Source: Actinomycetota bacterium (GTDB lineage: Bacteria > Actinomycetota > Acidimicrobiia > Spongiisociales > ZC4RG35). From it: a stretch of 64,000 nucleotides of DNA. Below are positions 60,802-64,000 of this stretch, in pieces. Position numbers and translations under genes: made by a program. Positions within the stretch are counted from its first letter, which is position 1. Each line of letters starts with the position of its first letter. A model generated the notes under the pieces. The model was not told where the DNA came from. It searched no databases and saw only the letters and a list, made by a program, of their open reading frames with translations. The stretch covers positions 13,038 through 77,037 of the forward strand of contig JBQTHI010000012.1 in the NCBI GenBank assembly GCA_052390035.1, in the 5' to 3' direction.

Positions 60802-61425
60802 ATCGCCGAGCTGCGAATAAATGGGTACATCCGTGCAACCGAGGTGCGCCTCGTGGCGCCCGACGGTTCTCAGATCGGGGTCAAGAAGCTGGCGGAAGCC
60901 TTGTGGCTGGCCGATCAACTTGGACTCGATTTGGTGGAAGTGGCTCCGGAGGCCAAACCACCGGTGTGCCGGCTGATGGACTATGGCAAATACAAGTACG
61001 AGCAGTCGATCCGGGAAAGGGAGGCGCGAAAGCACCAAAAGCGGACGGTGGTCAAGGAGCTGCGCATGGCCCCCAGGATCGGGGATCACGACTTCGACAT
61101 CACCCTCCGCAAGGCGCTGGAGTTTCTTGGTGACGGCGACAAGGTCAAGGTCACAGTCCGTTTCCGCGGCCGAGAACAAGAACGCCCCGAGTATGGGAGA
61201 CGTCTGCTCGACCGGCTTGCCGTCGGGATCGGACAGAACGGGAATATCGAACAGGCCCCCCAGCAGGAAGGTCGTCTTATGACGATGGTGCTGGCCCCCT
61301 CCCGTCGCCAGCGGCGAGCCGAGACTGCCCATACAGCCGAACCAGCCGAGCCGGTCGGTGCAGCCGCGCCATCTATCACGGATGGGCCGGTCGCAGACAA
61401 AGTGGACGAACCCGTCGAGGAGTAA
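60802..61425 (+). CDS. infC: translation initiation factor IF-3 (probable non-canonical ATC start)
   Basis: INGYIRATEVRLV, LDLVEV, PPVCRLMDYGKYKYE and VTVRFRGRE. AGGAGG (60790-60795) lies 6 nt before the in-frame ATC at 60802. The track ORF starts at the TTG at 60781, which has no SD. Confidence 0.85.
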   Translation: MAELRINGYIRATEVRLVAPDGSQIGVKKLAEALWLADQLGLDLVEVAPEAKPPVCRLMDYGKYKYEQSIREREARKHQKRTVVKELRMAPRIGDHDFDITLRKALEFLGDGDKVKVTVRFRGREQERPEYGRRLLDRLAVGIGQNGNIEQAPQQEGRLMTMVLAPSRRQRRAETAHTAEPAEPVGAAAPSITDGPVADKVDEPVEE

Positions 61426-61430
61426 CCAAC

Positions 61431-61625
61431 GTGCCGAAAATGAAGACCCACAGCGGGGCGAACAAGAGAATCAAGGTCACCGGAACCGGCAAGCTGATGC
61501 GCCGGCAATCCGGCAAAAATCACTACAAGCTGGCCAAAGGCAACAGCGTGTTCCGCCGCCGGTCGGGCGAAGTTGAGCTCGCCCCGGGGGATGCCAAAGC
61601 CGCCAAGAAGCTTTTGGGAATGTGA
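61431..61625 (+). CDS. rpmI: 50S ribosomal protein L35
   Basis: MPKMKTHSGANKRIKVTGTGKLMRR, 64 aa. Confidence 0.9.
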   Translation: MPKMKTHSGANKRIKVTGTGKLMRRQSGKNHYKLAKGNSVFRRRSGEVELAPGDAKAAKKLLGM

Positions 61626-61637
61626 GCGAGGGTCCTC

Positions 61638-61988
61638 ATGGCACGCGTCAAACGAGCTGTTAGCGCCAAGAAGTCACACAAGAAGGTTCTCGACCGGGCC
61701 AAGGGATACAAGGGCGCCCGGGGTCGTCGGTTCCGCACCGCCAACGAGCAGGTCATGCACGCGATGCAGGACGCCTACAAGGATCGCCGGGATAGGAAGG
61801 GTCAGTTCCGTCGGCTTTGGATCACGCGGATCAACGCTGCTGCCCGCCAGCACGGGATGAGTTACAGCACCTTCATGGCCGGACTAAAGGCCGCCGAGGT
61901 CGAAGTGGACCGGAAGCTACTGGCGGACATGGCTGTGAACGACCCGTCGTCCTTCTCCCAACTGGTCGAACTGGCCAAGAACGCCTGA
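61638..61988 (+). CDS. rplT: 50S ribosomal protein L20
   Basis: [42 protein letters not shown]. Confidence 0.95.
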   Translation: MARVKRAVSAKKSHKKVLDRAKGYKGARGRRFRTANEQVMHAMQDAYKDRRDRKGQFRRLWITRINAAARQHGMSYSTFMAGLKAAEVEVDRKLLADMAVNDPSSFSQLVELAKNA

Positions 61989-62000
61989 TCTGACGAGTCC

Positions 62001-62729
62001 GTGACGTCGGGCCTGTCAGCGCGCAACCTCCGCGTCTTGGAGGCGTCCAAGCTCCATCGAGCCGCCGAGCGTCGAGCCCGGGGCATGACGCTCCTGGAAG
62101 GTCCACATCTGGTCGGGGAGGCGCTGGCGGCCGGGATCGAACCCAGAGAACTGTTTGTCCTCGACCCTGGCGCGGGTTTCGACGGGTGGGTGGTGACGGA
62201 GGCCGCCTTGCAACGGCTGTCGGGGACCAAGACCCCTCAGAGCCCGGTGGCGGTCATACCAATCCCCGCCCACGCCTTCGATCCCACGAGAAGCGCCCTC
62301 GTCGCCTGGCAGATCGCCGACCCCGGCAACCTGGGAACGATGATTCGAACGGCGGCAGCCTTTGGCTTGGACATCGGCGTCGGCGATGGAGCCGACCCTT
62401 GGGCCCCCAAGACCCTGCGGGCGGGGGCCGGGGCGCACTTTCACACCGCAGTAGTGACGATTCGCCACCCGAGGGACGCCGGGGCCGAGCTGGTAGCGAC
62501 AGTTCTCGACGAGGGCCGACCCCCGGATCAGCTACCAAAAGGGAGATTGGCGGTGATGATCGGTAACGAGGCCCACGGTTTGCCGGCTGATCTGGTAGCG
62601 GCGGCAGGCTGGCGGGTGACAATCCCAATGCCGGGACACACCGAAAGCCTCAATGCCGCCACCACGGCGGCCATCGTCGGTTACGAAGTGGCGAGACGTA
62701 GCGTCGGTAACCTCCACGGCCCATCATGA
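62001..62729 (+). CDS. TrmH/SpoU-family RNA 2'-O-methyltransferase
   Basis: DPGNLGTMIRTAAAFG, MIGNEAHGL and SLNAATTAAI. It has the conserved position between rplT and pheS. Confidence 0.8.
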   Translation: MTSGLSARNLRVLEASKLHRAAERRARGMTLLEGPHLVGEALAAGIEPRELFVLDPGAGFDGWVVTEAALQRLSGTKTPQSPVAVIPIPAHAFDPTRSALVAWQIADPGNLGTMIRTAAAFGLDIGVGDGADPWAPKTLRAGAGAHFHTAVVTIRHPRDAGAELVATVLDEGRPPDQLPKGRLAVMIGNEAHGLPADLVAAAGWRVTIPMPGHTESLNAATTAAIVGYEVARRSVGNLHGPS

Positions 62730-63763
62730 ACCTAGACGCCCTGCTGAATTCCGCTCCTACTGTGCTCGCCGAGGCGGCCTCCCTGGCGGAATTGGAACGG
62801 GCTGAGGCTAAGTTGACCGGACGCTCGAGTCCTCTGGCCGAGGCTCGCCGGCAGTTGGGGCAGCTTCCGATCGAGGAGCGACCGGCGGCCGGGGCGGATG
62901 TCAACCGGGTGTCCGAGGCGCTGGCTGAGATGATCCGAAGCCGCCGCATCGAACTGGAACGGTCTGCGGCCGATCGCCTTCTGGCGAGCGATCGCCTCGA
63001 CGTGACCCTGCCAGGTTGGGCGCTGGTCGAGGGGACCGAACATCTGATCAGCCAAACGATCGACGCCATTTGCGAGATCTTCCTCGCCCTTGGCTACCGG
63101 GTGACCGAGGGTCCGGAGGCCGAACTGGCCTGGTACAACTTCGACGCTCTCAACACCCCCCCGACTCACCCTGCCCGGCTCGAGACCGACACCCTGTATC
63201 TCGACTACGGAGACCCGGCAGACGAAGTGCTGATGCGTACCCACACCTCGCCGATGCAGGCCCGCTACATGGAGAGTCACGACCCGCCGGTGTACGTGGT
63301 GGTCCCCGGCAAGACCTACCGGAACGACCCGATCGATGCATCCCACCTCCCGGTCTTCCACCAGATCGAGGGACTGGCCGTCGACGAAGGTTTGACCATC
63401 GCCGATCTGAAGGGCACCCTCGCCTATTTCGCTCGTGAATATTTCGGACCCGAACAGAAGATCCGGCTTCGGCCCAGTTTCTTCCCGTTCACCGAGCCTT
63501 CGGCCGAACTCGACGTTTCCTGCTTCGTCTGCGGGGGAACCGGCCTCGACTGTCGGGTCTGCAAAGGGAAAGGATGGCTGGAGATGGGCGGGTGTGGGAT
63601 GGTCGATCCCAACGTCTTCGAGGCGGTCGGTTACGACCCGGGGCGTTACACCGGATTTGCCTTTGGGATGGGGGTCGAAAGACCCGCCATGGTTCGCCAC
63701 GGCATTGCCAGCATCCGGCACTTCATCGACAACGACCTCCGGGTGCTGAGGCAGTTCAGATGA
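62726..63763 (+). CDS. pheS: phenylalanine--tRNA ligase alpha subunit
   Basis: HPARLETDTLY, RTHTSPMQ, FHQIEGL, FPFTEPSAE and GFAFGMGVERPAM. Confidence 0.95.
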   Translation: MNLDALLNSAPTVLAEAASLAELERAEAKLTGRSSPLAEARRQLGQLPIEERPAAGADVNRVSEALAEMIRSRRIELERSAADRLLASDRLDVTLPGWALVEGTEHLISQTIDAICEIFLALGYRVTEGPEAELAWYNFDALNTPPTHPARLETDTLYLDYGDPADEVLMRTHTSPMQARYMESHDPPVYVVVPGKTYRNDPIDASHLPVFHQIEGLAVDEGLTIADLKGTLAYFAREYFGPEQKIRLRPSFFPFTEPSAELDVSCFVCGGTGLDCRVCKGKGWLEMGGCGMVDPNVFEAVGYDPGRYTGFAFGMGVERPAMVRHGIASIRHFIDNDLRVLRQFR

Positions 63764-64000
63764 AGGTGTCGCTCCGCTGGCTTTCCGACTACATCGACCT
63801 TCCCACCGACGATCCGACCGACGTGGCGGCCGCCTTGACCTCTTTGGGTCATGAGGTGGAGGGGGTGGAGATCAAGCGCGCCGACTGGAAAGGCGTCTAC
63901 GTCGCCCGGGTCGATCAGATCGAGCCTCATCCCAACGCCGACAAGGTGCGGTTATGCCAGGTCACCACGGGACGGGAGTCGACCCAAGTTGTTTGCGGAG
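63760..64000 (+). CDS. pheT: phenylalanine--tRNA ligase beta subunit, N-terminal part (runs off the right edge)
   Basis: My translation: MKVSLRWLSDYIDLPTDDPTDVAAALTSLGHEVEGVE...IEPHPNADKVRLCQV. This is the classic PheT N-terminus plus the start of the tRNA-binding OB domain. The ATG overlaps the pheS stop (ATGA). Confidence 0.9.
   Translation, partial: MKVSLRWLSDYIDLPTDDPTDVAAALTSLGHEVEGVEIKRADWKGVYVARVDQIEPHPNADKVRLCQVTTGRESTQVVCG

Overview
Visibly GC-rich, actinobacterial-type chromosomal segment (the gene order closely resembles the Mycobacterium pgsA-pimA-pdxST-ruvCAB-secDF-apt-relA-hisS-aspS-alaS-aro-efp-nusB-pyr-gmk-metK-priA-fmt-rib-infC-pheST neighbourhoods, here fused into one compact run). 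It is almost entirely core housekeeping genes. I support about 66 CDS, all but four on the + strand, packed with very short spacers and many 4-nt start/stop overlaps (ATGA/GTGA/TTGA). I found no rRNA, tRNA, CRISPR array, transposase, integrase or prophage gene. The largest non-coding gaps are 238, 186, 157, 129 and 102 bp. I could not identify an obvious multi-gene novel system such as a defence island. The candidates that look least ordinary are: (1) a response-regulator GGDEF protein with a GGDDF active-site variant, translationally wedged into the rpe-ribD-ribE-ribBA-ribH operon, which has no room for an FMN riboswitch; (2) a PATAN/DUF4388 protein with a long acidic tail next to a prepilin peptidase inside the aro cluster; (3) a divergent DUF4015 glycoside hydrolase / MBOAT / SGNH module inserted between pyrF and mihF-gmk; (4) a structured leader with mutually exclusive terminator and antiterminator pairings directly upstream of infC, which appears to start at ATC; (5) a PriA with degenerate Walker A/B motifs. 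The many long antisense and alternate-frame ORFs in the supplied track are interpreted as GC-driven artefacts. All functional calls rest on motif recognition by eye, and no database search was run.
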